Assembly (NCBI RefSeq): GCF_037042905.1
Contig: NC_087255.1
Span: forward strand, 20,894,001 to 20,958,000
From: Lytechinus pictus
Taxonomy: Eukaryota
Reading direction: 5' to 3'
DNA length: 64,000 bases
Under the pieces are notes generated by a model. That model did not search any database. It was not told where the DNA came from and saw nothing but the letters and a program-made list of their open reading frames with translations. This document shows, piece by piece, positions 50,551 through 62,956 of the stretch; the first letter of the stretch is position 1; each line of letters begins with the position of its first letter. The position numbers and the translations under genes are program-made.

Positions 50551-52089
50551 AAATGTATTTAATTTTTTTTTTTTATTAAATGTATTTTATTCACCGTATC
50601 GATTGCAATTCAAAACTGGAATTAACAAATTAATTACAAACAAATCGACAGATGACATTAAGAATCATTCATCAATTTCACATTTGTTATTCTTTTTATT
50701 TCAATACAACATAATTAAAATTTGCACGTACAGTATTAAGAATCTCTTTTGCATAACTAAATCATTTCCTTGTTTGTCACAAACGGTTTATATTTCCCTC
50801 CACAATATATCATTCATTTTGTTAGATTACTAGAAAAGGGATGTTTTTCATTCTCATACATTATAAAAACAATTCAATATCAACCAGACAGACATTGAGA
50901 CTTTAGTAGTCTCTTTTTTCAGTCCTTTATAAGATAAAAATCATACATATAGCTAAGTTTTTGTAAAATACAAATTCAGATGCATTCATAGATTGGGCCA
51001 ATGCACAATGGTCCCGAACAAATTGAAAAGATGTATTTTACATGAAAGTGATCATTGTAGAAAATTAAAAAGGCATCTGTTCATTCTAAACTTTTACTAC
51101 ACTTTATAGTCACATTGATTATATGCTAGCAAAGAGGCTATTTCTTTCAGCATTTACCAATTTACCCTCTATATGAAACAGTAAAAAATTCAGTACTGCC
51201 GTAAGCCTGGCGTTAATTATCTAAAATATTTGTGTTTTGTGACATAAATCACATGTTTACTATGTAAAATTTGAGTATTTTCCTGCAATAGAGTCTCGAA
51301 TGGAAAACCAAAATACATTAACTCTCGGAATCATTTTATAATCATTGAAGTCAATGCTTAAAACTGAAGCCAATGCGTAAAAAGTTTACCTTGTATATTT
51401 AGTCAATAATCCATAGAGAAATCTAATTCTTCATATTTCAGCACACAAAGATCAACATACTCTTTTCGTTCTACATCTGCTCCTTCCTATCTCATTCCTA
51501 AAAATCCAGAAAATAGGCCGACTTCAATTCTTTACAATCCCTCCCCCCCCCCCCAGACTTTTGAACAAACTCCCAACATCTCTGTATCTCTTCTCTGGAC
51601 CTCTTTTTTAAAAAAAAATCTTAAAAAACATTCGTATAACAAAATCATAACTTGCCTTCTGCCATTAACAGCGCTTTGTATCCTCTGGAAAAAGTGCTAT
51701 ATAAAATAAATCCAATCATTATTTGCAGTAATTTTAGATCCAAGTCTGCATAGATAGACTACATGAACTTCCTCAACTCGCCTTGCATTCATACATTTGT
51801 CAAAAGGAATAAAGACATGGCGTATTTTATTGTGATATGTCACTGAGTCACTACACCTCTATTATTCTTTTCTCTCCGAAATCGAACTTATTTTGATAGT
51901 AGATCTTCTGACGTCAAAATGGCAGTTCAAAAAAGCAAATTGCGTGCAATTTCATTCATGTAGAATTGGCAGCTCTGATATTTTCCATTTTTTCATTCAA
52001 AATTTCTTTGTACCTCTTGACAGACATCTTCAGAGTAAAAAAAAATGTTTGAGCATTCTGTTATTTGAAAGGATTTGGTTGCTTCCTGC

Positions 52090-52365
52090 TTAGCAAAAAA
52101 CACATTTAAAAATGACATAATTTCATTCTTCTTTATCATACATTCTGTTATTCAACATGTTTTGATAATTTCTTCCATTTTAGCAAAAAATACTCAACAT
52201 AATTTCATTTTACATCATCATACATTCCTTCATTTAAGAGGTTTTGAAAATCTTAGCAGAAACACATTCAACATACATAATTTCATTTTTTGATAATACA
52301 TTCTGTTATTAAGCATGTTTTGATAATTTCTTCAATTTTTGGCAAAATATACATTTAACATACAT
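52090..52365. repeat. Degenerate tandem repeat, unit about 75-90 bp, about 3.3 copies
   Basis: Recurrent TTAGCAAAAAA...ACATAATTTCATT...ATACATTCTGTTATT...CATGTTTTGATAATTTCTTC. Confidence 0.7.
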
Positions 52366-55104
52366 GTAGATTTCACTTTTTTCTACACTGCAATCAGTAA
52401 TCTTTTCTCAATCAAAACTTCTTTTCAGATTCTTTTAAGATAATGGTAATCTACAGTTTCTTGGATATTTGCAACTAACTTCCACAAGATAATAGTCTAA
52501 TAGGACGTAGAAATAAACTCGCAATCAGTTGATCAAAAAGCAATCACAGGTCTTTTAATTGATTGCAAATTTATAATTGATTGCTGGTCTGCTTTATGTA
52601 TCAACAAATATAAATTGATTTGCTTTAATCTAAAGTGATCTATCACTTTAGTGAATAATTTTGCAAATGAAATTTGCAATTTATTTACTCCTGACAACTA
52701 ATTTCATGGAAAATCATCAAAAATTAAAACTAAACCTAGGCTAAACCCCAACTTATAACCCCAGCATTTGATTTCATCTTAGAGTTTGTTTTCTACAAGC
52801 TTTGATTTTTATCCCTTTATATTTATTCTGAATTATCATACAAAATTAGATCACAGCCCAAAAGCCAATGCAAAATGTTCAGAAAAATAAACTTTTAAAC
52901 AAATGTTGCAGGAGTAAATATCAGGTTACCATGACGATTGTTTTTCAGTTTGCAAATCTTACCTGATATGTGAGAACGATTTTTCTTGTGAATTAAAAAA
53001 GAGAACTGAAGATTACACCTTCAAAAAATATCCTCTCATAATGTATCCTCACTCACAATACAGACACACAGCCTTAAAAAACCATTTCACACAATACTCA
53101 TCATGCCTCACCAAACAAAAAGCAGACATATTGTTTAGAATTATCCTTGATTTCATTCTATTATATATATCCTTATTTATATCTCCTTCATCATTTTAAT
53201 CTGGTGTGGTGTTGAAAATGTTGCACAACAGATTAAGAAATACGGAAGCAATGCACGTTTGCCACAATTTTTTTTATAGAAATAAAGGGATTTGGGGATA
53301 TTGCAAAATATCATCTATGAATACTGGCTTTAATGCAATATCTTAACAATCACTGTACATGTAAGAGCATTCACTTTAATACAGTATGTCCTATATATTA
53401 TGACATGTAGATACAAGGGCCAGTCTTTTAAAAACAGGTACAAAACCATAGAATATGCAGATTTTTTTTTACTGGACTTCTCTTTTAGTGCCATTTCCCT
53501 AAAAGCACACATTTAATTGGATTTGTCTTAGTGTACACAATGAACTAAGCAATAATTATGTACAAAAATATGCACATTCTATGGTTTGTACCATAGTACA
53601 ATTGAAACCTCTTTTGAGAAAACCGGCCAGGAAGTCTCATCTCAATTTATGAAATAGCATGGAAATTATCCAAAATTCCCAATGCATATTTTTTCATTTT
53701 CCAATTGACCACAATCTCACACTTCTCACATGATTTCTAGCTATGTATTCACTTTTACATTTTCATTGCTTTTTAACAAATGATTACAATGATATAACAA
53801 ACGATCTTATTTTTCAAATAAAAGCACAAAACTTTATTATGTCAACTGACCTCACTGTTTCAATAAAACATAATACAATCTTTTGTACAATAAATACTTT
53901 TATATACAGACATGTACTCAGTTGTTTTAAAACTTTCACTAAACTTTACAACATATCATATGATTTTAAGGAATTAGAAATATGTATGGGTCTATTAGTA
54001 GGCCTATGACTTAAAAAAATAAAAATATTTCTTTTAACTCATTATGATCATTTCTCATTTATGAACATACAATATACAACCCCAACAAAGAAAATTTAAT
54101 AAAAAGCCTTGGAAATAACTTCTTGATTCTTTTGAAAATGAAAGTGAAATTGAAATTTGCAATAACAGAAACTAAGAAAAAAAGAATTGAATTGAATATA
54201 TTTATAGACAGCCAGTTTAAGGCTGAAATAACACTACATATTTTGGCAGCTTGTACATATATTTTGATTCGATCCCAAACATCTGACTATCACAGTTAAG
54301 GAGTGTTATTGTCATAGATTTTCACAATGATGCCAAGTTTTCCTATTCACTAATTCTAATGCTCTAGAATTTTTTTATTTTCAATTTTTGTTAGATCATC
54401 AAGGACACCGTACAATTTCTTGTTACTTTGTTCATTACAAAGGAAAGAAAAGTCTCCACTGAAGTCACAGACAATAAAATGGTGATTCACTGACACATGT
54501 ATAAAGAACTCGGGCAGGATATCATTTTGTCTTTATAAAAATAGTTCAACAAAAAAAAAATGAAAGAATTTCAGACTTTTTGAAAGTAACACAATAAATA
54601 CCAATATACACCTCTGTACTATATCAAACAGAAATATTAAATATACCCTTTAATAAAGTGATTAGCAATCAACTCTATGTATATAATCGTAATGTTATAA
54701 AATTAATGATGCATAATATGTTAGCTTGCTTCCTTTAAAATTGCATATGTTTGAGAAATCTGGCATAAATCCACATGATATTTTTTCTGCTGTACAGTGT
54801 ACATGAAGGACACCACCAGATTCTTCTTCGTGTGTAAGCAGATCTAGACGATACAGTTTGCTCGTAGATTTGTTGGTCTTCATAATCCTGGTGGCAGACA
54901 TAGATACATCCTCCTAGCTTTCATTTCATTCAAGCTCATTTCACCACACCTTGCTCAGAGAGGCCCTCCCACATATCCTTGTAGTCATTCATTCCATTCA
55001 GAGACACCATACCATGTCTCTTGCAATGACGAGTTTGATGGCATCGTGATGAGGGATAAACCCTGATGCAAAGAGGCCTCACAAACATTCCAGGGAACAA
55101 CTCA

Positions 55105-58100
55105 TCATGACGACGACGCTGGGAGGCAGTCGGCCAGGATTTCCTTGGTGGTGCTCGGTAGATGGTCGGGAAATACAATGTCAAAGGTGATGAGGAGGTC
55201 GCCACGGCGACTGGGCTGTTTGGGGTACGGGAGTCCCTCGCCCGTCACCCGCTTCCTGGAGTTGGGCTTGATGACTTCTTTGCAGGGGACTGTTATTGTT
55301 CGTCCTTCGATGGTCGGTACTTTCAAGCTGGTCCCTACCAGGGCCTGGAAAATGAAAGAAGAAAAATGCACAAAAAATACAGAAGATTAAAAATTATGTA
55401 AAAAAAGGAAAGATAAGAGTTTTCTTCATCTGAATGAGAGTAAGTTAGGTAGATATACAGGGTGGGAAATATTGTTTATTTGTTATGGGCTATTTCTTTC
55501 AATTTAAGGGCTACTTTTTAGGGGCGACAAGCAAATTATGCAGTAAATCCAAATATCATTATTCTGCCATAGTTAGAATATTGATTTCTAAATAATCTTG
55601 AATATTTTTTGTGATAGATCTTGGGGCGACTCTAAATAGAATGATTGCCCCAAAGCATGCATTTTTTAGGAATATTACGAGTGATTTGAGCTCTCATGAG
55701 TGCGAAATTGCCCATTGCCCTCATGTATTTCTTATCTAAGATACACATGTACATATAAGAATTCTGGTTGTAACTTGAAGATTATTTTATCACTTTGTCA
55801 ATTTGACATGTTTTTAAATCTGTGTCCCGTTGCATAAAAACTGCCATTATGGGATATGAATACTAAATTACCATGGTAACAGGGATACGCAGCCAATCCA
55901 AATTCCAAATTATGTTTCCCAATTCCATGGTAAATTTCCATAATGTCAAAGATAGGAAAGTTTTCATAAGACTAAAGGCACTAGGGAACAAACACACTGC
56001 AACCCATTTATAGTAGAATCACTGAGTACCATATCAAATCAAATACATACAGAGACAAATATGGCAGAAGAAAAGTGAAATGTTTTTTTTCTATCCAATA
56101 ACAGATGGATAAAATCATAACAATTGCTTGCCAAATACTCTGCAAGTTTACAGACATGTATATATTCAAAATGTGGGTGACTAATGGAGATCCCTGATTG
56201 TAAATTCTTAACATTTTGAGAATCCAGAAAGCCAACATGTCTGCTTGCTGAGCTCATCACCAGGCTTACGACTGTCCCCTTTGCTAATCAAAACACAGGG
56301 GATATCACGCACATAGCGGTCTTGTTATTGAATTGTCTGATTTTTCCAGGACGGCCCTCATGCCTCATTACAGAAGTTAACTTATCATTCTTTATAATGG
56401 CTCTTCAGTGATAACCAAGCACAGCTTTCCAAGTAATGAGCATGGTGATTCAGTCAGTGACCCCGTTTTCCCCCTATCATATCCCACAATGCATTCTGCG
56501 GACTTGGCCTGATGAGGCCTGTATTCATTGACATGTAGGTTAAGGTCACGGTTTAAATCGCCTGCAGGAGGTACAAACTGCTGCAGTTTTTACACATTAA
56601 CGTCAAAGATTAAGAACTGGGCTTTATGAGCCAAGTTGATGAAGAGGCGGGCAAGCGGCGCCGCGGCGGCACGGGGGCAGCTAAGTTGATGATGCTACGG
56701 GGTGTCCCACATGACAGCGACCTATAAATACCATGTGACCCCCTGACTGTGACAAATACCAAAGTAGGCCAAGTGTTTGTGAGATGTTAGCTATGAGGCA
56801 GAGAGAGTGGAATGTCTGGCAGCAAGCTCCGCTCGACATTGATGTAGAAACTCAACCAGGAGCAAGCGGCGGCACTAAGTCTGACATCAAAGTCAGTCTC
56901 ATGCAATGAAATATATACTGGTATCGTAATAGGCTTATTTATTATTACAAGTCTTAATCTAAATCTGAAATCTGAACTTAATACAGAAGCAGTGCAAAGG
57001 ATGATGAATGCACTTGTCTATTGTTTAATGATATGGATTCAGCCATCATGAATGGAATTGTTTAGAATGCCAAGATATCCAAGACCATGCAACTACCAAT
57101 CAGGCGTTGTAATAATATGCATTAAATTACTATGCATGTACCATGTACATGAAAGCATTGACCCTCCTCGGTTGCCTGATCTATCAGCAAACTTTATTCA
57201 AGGAAGAGAGAAAATGATTTGATAATCCCCTAATGAACACCAAAAGAATGCATAGCTACCCCACAATGTGAACTGGTGGCTGTTTCATAAAGAAAAATGT
57301 GACTTAGAGTCACGCTAAAATTTCAGTTGCGTACAGTGAATGCACCCCCGCATTGGTCAGATCATGCGCAAAAAAACACGCACTACCGCATAGCCATCAA
57401 TCAGGTTACACGTTTAAGTAACATGTACATATGTACGCACTGACATGAAGCATGGGGCATTGCAAGAAACTTGCGATCAATTACAAGTCTATTTTTAGTC
57501 CCCACATCAATCATATGTCTTGCGATTAATTGTGAATTTGTGATTGATTGTTGATTTGCTTCTTATGTACAACAAGAGTGTTATCCGCCGCTAGATCATT
57601 CTGCTATGGTCCTAGAACACAAATTGTGTTTACTAGGAATAGCGACATCAGCAGTCGCAAGAAATACAAGATGCCCAGCAGGTGATGGGTTCGTTGTTTT
57701 GATTTTGACTCATCAGCTACTAACACTCAGAGGTCATGCTGTTGTGTATCATGTTTTTTTCTGAACGATACCTTTAACCAACATCGGGACAGGGAGTGAC
57801 TGAAGGTACAACTGAACAAGATTTAAAAAGATCATGCCCTTCTGCTTTTGGGAAAATGTACATCTATCCTTGGTACTTAAGTAATCATAGTCATAATTAC
57901 TGCTTTCCAAATTTGATGAATTTTCCTTTTTCTCAACAAAAAGCTAAGCTTATGCTTAAAGGAATGTTTCTAGTTCTAGTACAGAGTAAAAAAATGATAA
58001 GGTCTAGGACTTCTGTTCACATACATGTACATGTAGCATAAAGCTAACACTCAATGCATGCAGTATCTCTCATTTATCAACTAGAATTGGAATCATGCCC

Positions 58101-60642
58101 TGTGCATTTATGGCAGAAAAATCGTGGCCATTAATTTCATTTGTCAGAAATGAATCAATGTATCTGTATACTAAGAATTAGTCAGCCAATCTAATGTGCA
58201 TAGTAACTTAATCAATTAAACTTGAACTTAAAATTGAAAGACCACCAAAACATGAGTAAAATTAAGCCCCCCCCCCCCCCCCCCCGAAAATAGCTGCATC
58301 AACCAAATCAGAAATCAGACACAAAATAATAATCAATAACAGTTTTATATAAAAATTGCCACGACTTTTTTGAGGAACAGAGATACCGGTAAGCAAACAT
58401 AAAAATGAAGAACTTATAAATTTGTTTCTTGTTTTCATTGGATTTTGGTAACCCTTTCCAAAGATGTCTCCAACCTATTCAAATACCTTTTTTAAGAGAT
58501 CTGTACCTTGAAAACTTAATCCAGATGTAATTCCTTTAGAAAATATATATTTAAAATATATTTTCAAAGTGTATTCTAATGCACATGTAGGGTGACCTGG
58601 GACTACATAAAATATGTAATATGCTAGTCCCAGGTCACGCTTCACTATTAAAGAAGTCTAAAATAAAATAAAATAAAGATGAAAATTCTTGGTGACTATA
58701 ACAACTCACTGATTTATCTACATGTAACTTCAAAAAACAATATTTGGGTCAAAGTCAAACACAACTTTAGGAGAAAGAAAAAACCTAGATTGATCAGTGA
58801 AAATTAGAAAATCAGACAAGGAATAACTAAATAAGTTTCATTTGTTAGGAAATGAGATCATTTAGACTATGTAAATTTCAAATTGGCGATTTAGTGAGTG
58901 GATTGTGATTTTATTGTGGTATAAGGACAACTTTTGCATTGTTCATACATACATGTAGATCTGCTAAACTGTCAAGAATTATCGGCTTTCTCCAAAGCCT
59001 AAAGCACTGTTATCTTTAAAGTGGTAATCAAAACAGCATGTTGTTTTATGTCATCATAAAGAATTTTCCTTTTTATATGACTTTTCAGTTATTTTTTAAT
59101 CAGGAAAAATTAGTTGTCAGTTACCTTAATGATAGTACATGTACCATACGTCACAATCATATTCTATGCAGCCAATTTGAAATCTCCAGTAACATTACAA
59201 TACTCAAACCTTTCTTAAAAAATTTTAAGTTCACTCTTTTTTTTATTGTCTGATTTTGATTAATCTGCCTCCACAGTTTGTCTGGCCCTGGATAGGGATT
59301 CCCCTATAATATTTTTTTTTATAGAATCAAACCTACATGTATGGTCAGTTCCCCCATGTCTGCGCGGTCTCCCAAGTCTGCGCACCCGCGTATCTGCGCG
59401 ATTCTAGTAGAAGAAGATACGCAACGAGCACGAACTTTACACATGCAATACATAGACAGGTATTCATAAAAAAATCCGACTCAAAATGGTGAAAAAATAA
59501 TGAATTCAGGGCATTTCATGTGACGGCCTCAAAATACAGCCTTTCTCATCAAAATCTCAGAATCGTGTGCAAAGTGAATGAGTGCGCAGACATGGGGTAC
59601 CATTTTTTTTTTCAATCTGAAAATGACTGCCCCAAGGTTTTTTCAAGAAAATCCTATATTCTCTTTCATTTTTTAATGAGAAATTTGGTATACTTACTCT
59701 CAATAATATAAGGAACATTATTATCCAAAAGATTTTGTGAAATAAGAAGAAATTCATGTTAAATCTTAACTCAAATTGTTAGGTGCGCAGACTTAGGGCC
59801 CACCATCATACATTAAAGCTTGTTAAGATACTTACATCTCTCAGTGGAATTCTTGCTTTGTAGACTAAATTACTCCCATCTCTGTTGAAAACTGAATGTG
59901 GTATGTCTTTGAGGGTGAACACAATATCTGCAGGAGTTTTCTTTGGACCTTGGTCTCCTTCTTTGGGAAATGTGATTTTGGTGCCTTCCTTCCATCCAGG
60001 TTTCACATTGATTTCAAGGATTTTGTCCTCAGTCCTCGTCGTTCGGCCATCTTCATTCAACACTCGACGGTTGATTTTCATTTTCTTTGTGCACCCACGG
60101 AAGATGTCCTCGAGTGTGACCCTTAGGTCATGGTGTACTGGTGGGTCTTGGCGCTTCCTTTGACTGTTGCTTCGCTGTTGGTGGACTCCCGGGAACCCAC
60201 CAAATCCAAAGTCGTCGTCAACGTCCATCGCTTCGGGTTGGCCACCGGCGAAGTTAAAACGAGTGTTCTGCTGGCCGCCCATGCCACCAACATTAAAAAA
60301 CATTTCAAATGGGTTGCTATTTCCAAAGAAGCTTGTGAAGGTTGCGTTTGGATCGCCATGGAATGACCAAGAGTAGTTCTCTCCTTGTTCTCCTTGCGGG
60401 GCACCTGCACCTCCCTTCAGTCCTTCCTCTCCATATTTATCATAAATTTTCTTCTTTTTCTTGTCACTTAAAACTTCATAAGCTTCTGCTATTTCTTTGA
60501 ACTTTTCTTCTGCTCCTTTGCTTTTATTCTTGTCCGGATGATACTTCAGTGCCATCTTCCGATAGCCTTTCTTGATTTCATCATCGGAGGCATCCTTGGA
60601 TACCCCGAGCACCTTGTAATAATCTTTCCCCATCTTGGTCAT
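55105..60642 (-). CDS. DNAJB: DnaJ/Hsp40 class II co-chaperone, DNAJB1/4/5-like (348 aa from the first ATG; 345 aa from MGKDYY at 60633)
   Basis: Exon 1 is 60642-59836 (donor GTAAGT on the minus strand) and exon 2 is 55344-55105 (acceptor TTCCAG), phase 0. The protein has a J domain with HPD ([10 protein letters not shown]...[10 protein letters not shown]...[16 protein letters not shown]), a G/F-rich linker, and C-terminal domains ([49 protein letters not shown]). No zinc finger. The exact paralog cannot be assigned. Confidence 0.95.
59340..59806. mobile_element. MITE in the DnaJ intron
   Basis: Repeated GTCTGCGC motifs at the left end are mirrored by GTGCGCAGAC at about 59582 and 59783; ends ATGGT / ACCAT. 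Confidence 0.55.
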
Positions 60643-61109
60643 AGGTGACGGCTATCTTTGTCTCCTCAACCAGGTATGAAATATTCTTCACCTTCACAAA
60701 GGTAACAAGGAAGCTGTTCGTCCTTAAAATGGCTCCTCTTTAATAAAAAATCTTGAACAGCTGGGAGAACAGGTAGACAATGATTATTGCAAAGTCCTGT
60801 TCGAACGAAACGTTGATCTCAATACCAAATCCAATTCAAAAATCCAACTTTCCAAGACAAGTTCGTCGAAGACGTTGATCGATGTTGCTCAAAATAAGAG
60901 AGAAACAATGTTCTTCACACGTTAGTGTTTGGTAGACAAACCTCGAGATTTTATTACTAGACTGCTCAATCGTTTTACTTGGACTTAAGCAAGCTCTTGA
61001 CGACATTAACGAAAAATTTCTGATTCTTTCGCTTTTCAACCAGCTCATTGACTATCTCCGCAGCTGCGCCGCATAAAGATGATGATGATCCGGCCATGCC
61101 AGAGATAGA

Positions 61110-61175
61110 CCGGCGACGTCACGTAATCCCGTACGAACTCGAATGTACACGAATATTCTCGAAGCCGCTCGAAGC
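61110..61175. promoter_or_regulatory. Heat-shock element array and CRE/ATF-like site upstream of the DnaJ gene
   Basis: In-phase pentamers at 61140-61174 read cGAAt gTACa cGAAt aTTCt cGAAg cCGCt cGAAg, with a perfect 3-unit HSE at 61150-61164. GACGTCA lies at 61115-61121. The patch is CpG-rich and about 500 bp upstream of the ATG. Confidence 0.8.
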
Positions 61176-61358
61176 ATTTGCGATGTAAACAAGGCAAAGA
61201 GGGCGCGCGCGCGCAAACCAGGCTTGAACACTTGCGTATAAGTCGCCAATTTTGGCTATTTGGTTTTTACCCCCTTGAGTTATACACAGGGCTGTCAACA
61301 TTTGGCGTGTTAGTGAGCAACAAGGCTTGTTTCCCGCCACACCGGTTGGGGGGGGGGG

Positions 61359-61391
61359 CATAGAGATATATACTTATAATACATCTCTATG
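61359..61391. mobile_element. 33-bp remnant made only of the two termini of the CATAGAGAT P-like element (probable excision footprint)
   Basis: CATAGAGATATATACT + TATA + ATACATCTCTATG, flanked by G11 and G9 runs that are compatible with a G8 TSD. Confidence 0.7.
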
Positions 61392-62658
61392 GGGGGGGGG
61401 CACCTATTTTCGCCATCCAGAAAACATTGAACAGTGGGAACAGCTCCGGCATTTCAGGCAAATACTACGTTTTGACAATGTTTCCAGTAACTTTTTGCCC
61501 TGTTAGCTGCCGTAAAGCATTAATCGCCCCAGACATCCAGTTATCTTAACCAACTTGAACATGTAAACAAAAATACAACAAATCTCAATACCAAATCCAA
61601 TTCACTAAATCCAATTTTAAATATCCAATTAACGAAAAAAAAAACCTAAGTATGGTATTTGACAGCTACAATTTGTTTTTAATCTTTTAATTTTTTTTTT
61701 AAAGAGAATACTTTCATAATGATTTCGTATACAAATTCACATTTAGGATACAAGCTCGAATATATCCCATATCGTAGTATAATTAATTTTTTTTAAACAA
61801 AATACCTAACAGTTAATAAGTTTCAGAACAGCATTTGAGTGAATAAAAGGAGACTTACCTCCCAAACTTTTATTTCTCACATAGTCAAGCTCACATTGCT
61901 AAATGAAAAAAAAAGTTTACAAAAGTGATAGGCCCTATAGTGCTTTATAGAGAGGATATACCCCTCCCCACCGTTTAATCGTTACCCCCCCCCCCTAAAA
62001 AAAAAAAAAAAAAAAACACGCTAGGGGTCATTATGCCTATAGGTATGATAGTTCGGCATAATCCAACCATGATTGGCCTATAAAATATTGAAAATAAGTT
62101 ACTGATTTGGAAAGGGGTGTAAAATTATAAATAAAGAAGAAATTAAGGACGATACGAAGAAAACCGAAAAATAGGCCTAGATATATATTTATCACTACAA
62201 TCAGCCAAAAATCCCTTATACCCATGTAATTATTATTCATTTATTTCTGTTTTCTTTAGACAGGGTGGTCTCTTCTGTACATAAAAAAACTGATTTTCGA
62301 GAGAGCCCTGTATATTAAACAATCATATACAATGGTGAACAATTACAGAATTAATAAAAAAAAAAACTACATGCAATATAAAAGAAATGAATTTCAAAAG
62401 CATACATATTAAATTAACAATACATAATAGATACATTGAGCGATCGAAATGTAACAGTACAATCATAATATCATTATAATTAAATAATTATCATTATCCA
62501 ACGAGAAGTCGATAACAGTACAGCTAGTAGACAGTAACTCAGATCTACGCATAGATACTGGATACCAAGGATTCATGTACTGGTATATTAAGTCAGTGTG
62601 AAAAGGCCCCGCTCTATTTATAAACACTGAGTAAATTATGCATGCTACGAGTACACAC

Positions 62659-62720
62659 GAGAAGCTTCTCAAACTAGAAGCTTCTCCGCTTTTACCGAAG
62701 CTGGCGCTTGTGCTATAAAA
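62659..62720 (+). promoter_or_regulatory. Hsp70 core promoter: two nGAAnnTTCn heat-shock elements and a TATA box
   Basis: AGAAGCTTCTC at 62660-62670 and 62676-62686; TATAAAA at 62714-62720, about 240 bp upstream of the ATG. Confidence 0.85.
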
Positions 62721-62956
62721 TCAGACTCCTCGCTTGGAGAGTTTCAATTTCAAAACTCGACACCCCGGGCTCGACACCTCAGAGTGCGCACAGAAGATCA
62801 GAGACAGACAGATCATCTCGAATCCTCAAGTTTTTCTTTCTGGATCGTCATTTGCGTTTCAACTGGAGAAACTTTTGAGAAAAGATCGAAGCTTTATTCA
62901 TTTCTACGAACGAATCATCCTTTTCAGGAATCCCTTGTAAACAATTTTTATTTAAC

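Noticed and set aside
55102-55107. Stop-codon readthrough or selenocysteine at the DnaJ TGA
   Set aside because: A second in-frame TGA follows immediately, and the protein is already full length.
62915-62930. Splice acceptor (CCTTTTCAG) for a 5' UTR intron of Hsp70
   Set aside because: No convincing donor between the TATA-defined start and this site; it cannot be supported without RNA data.
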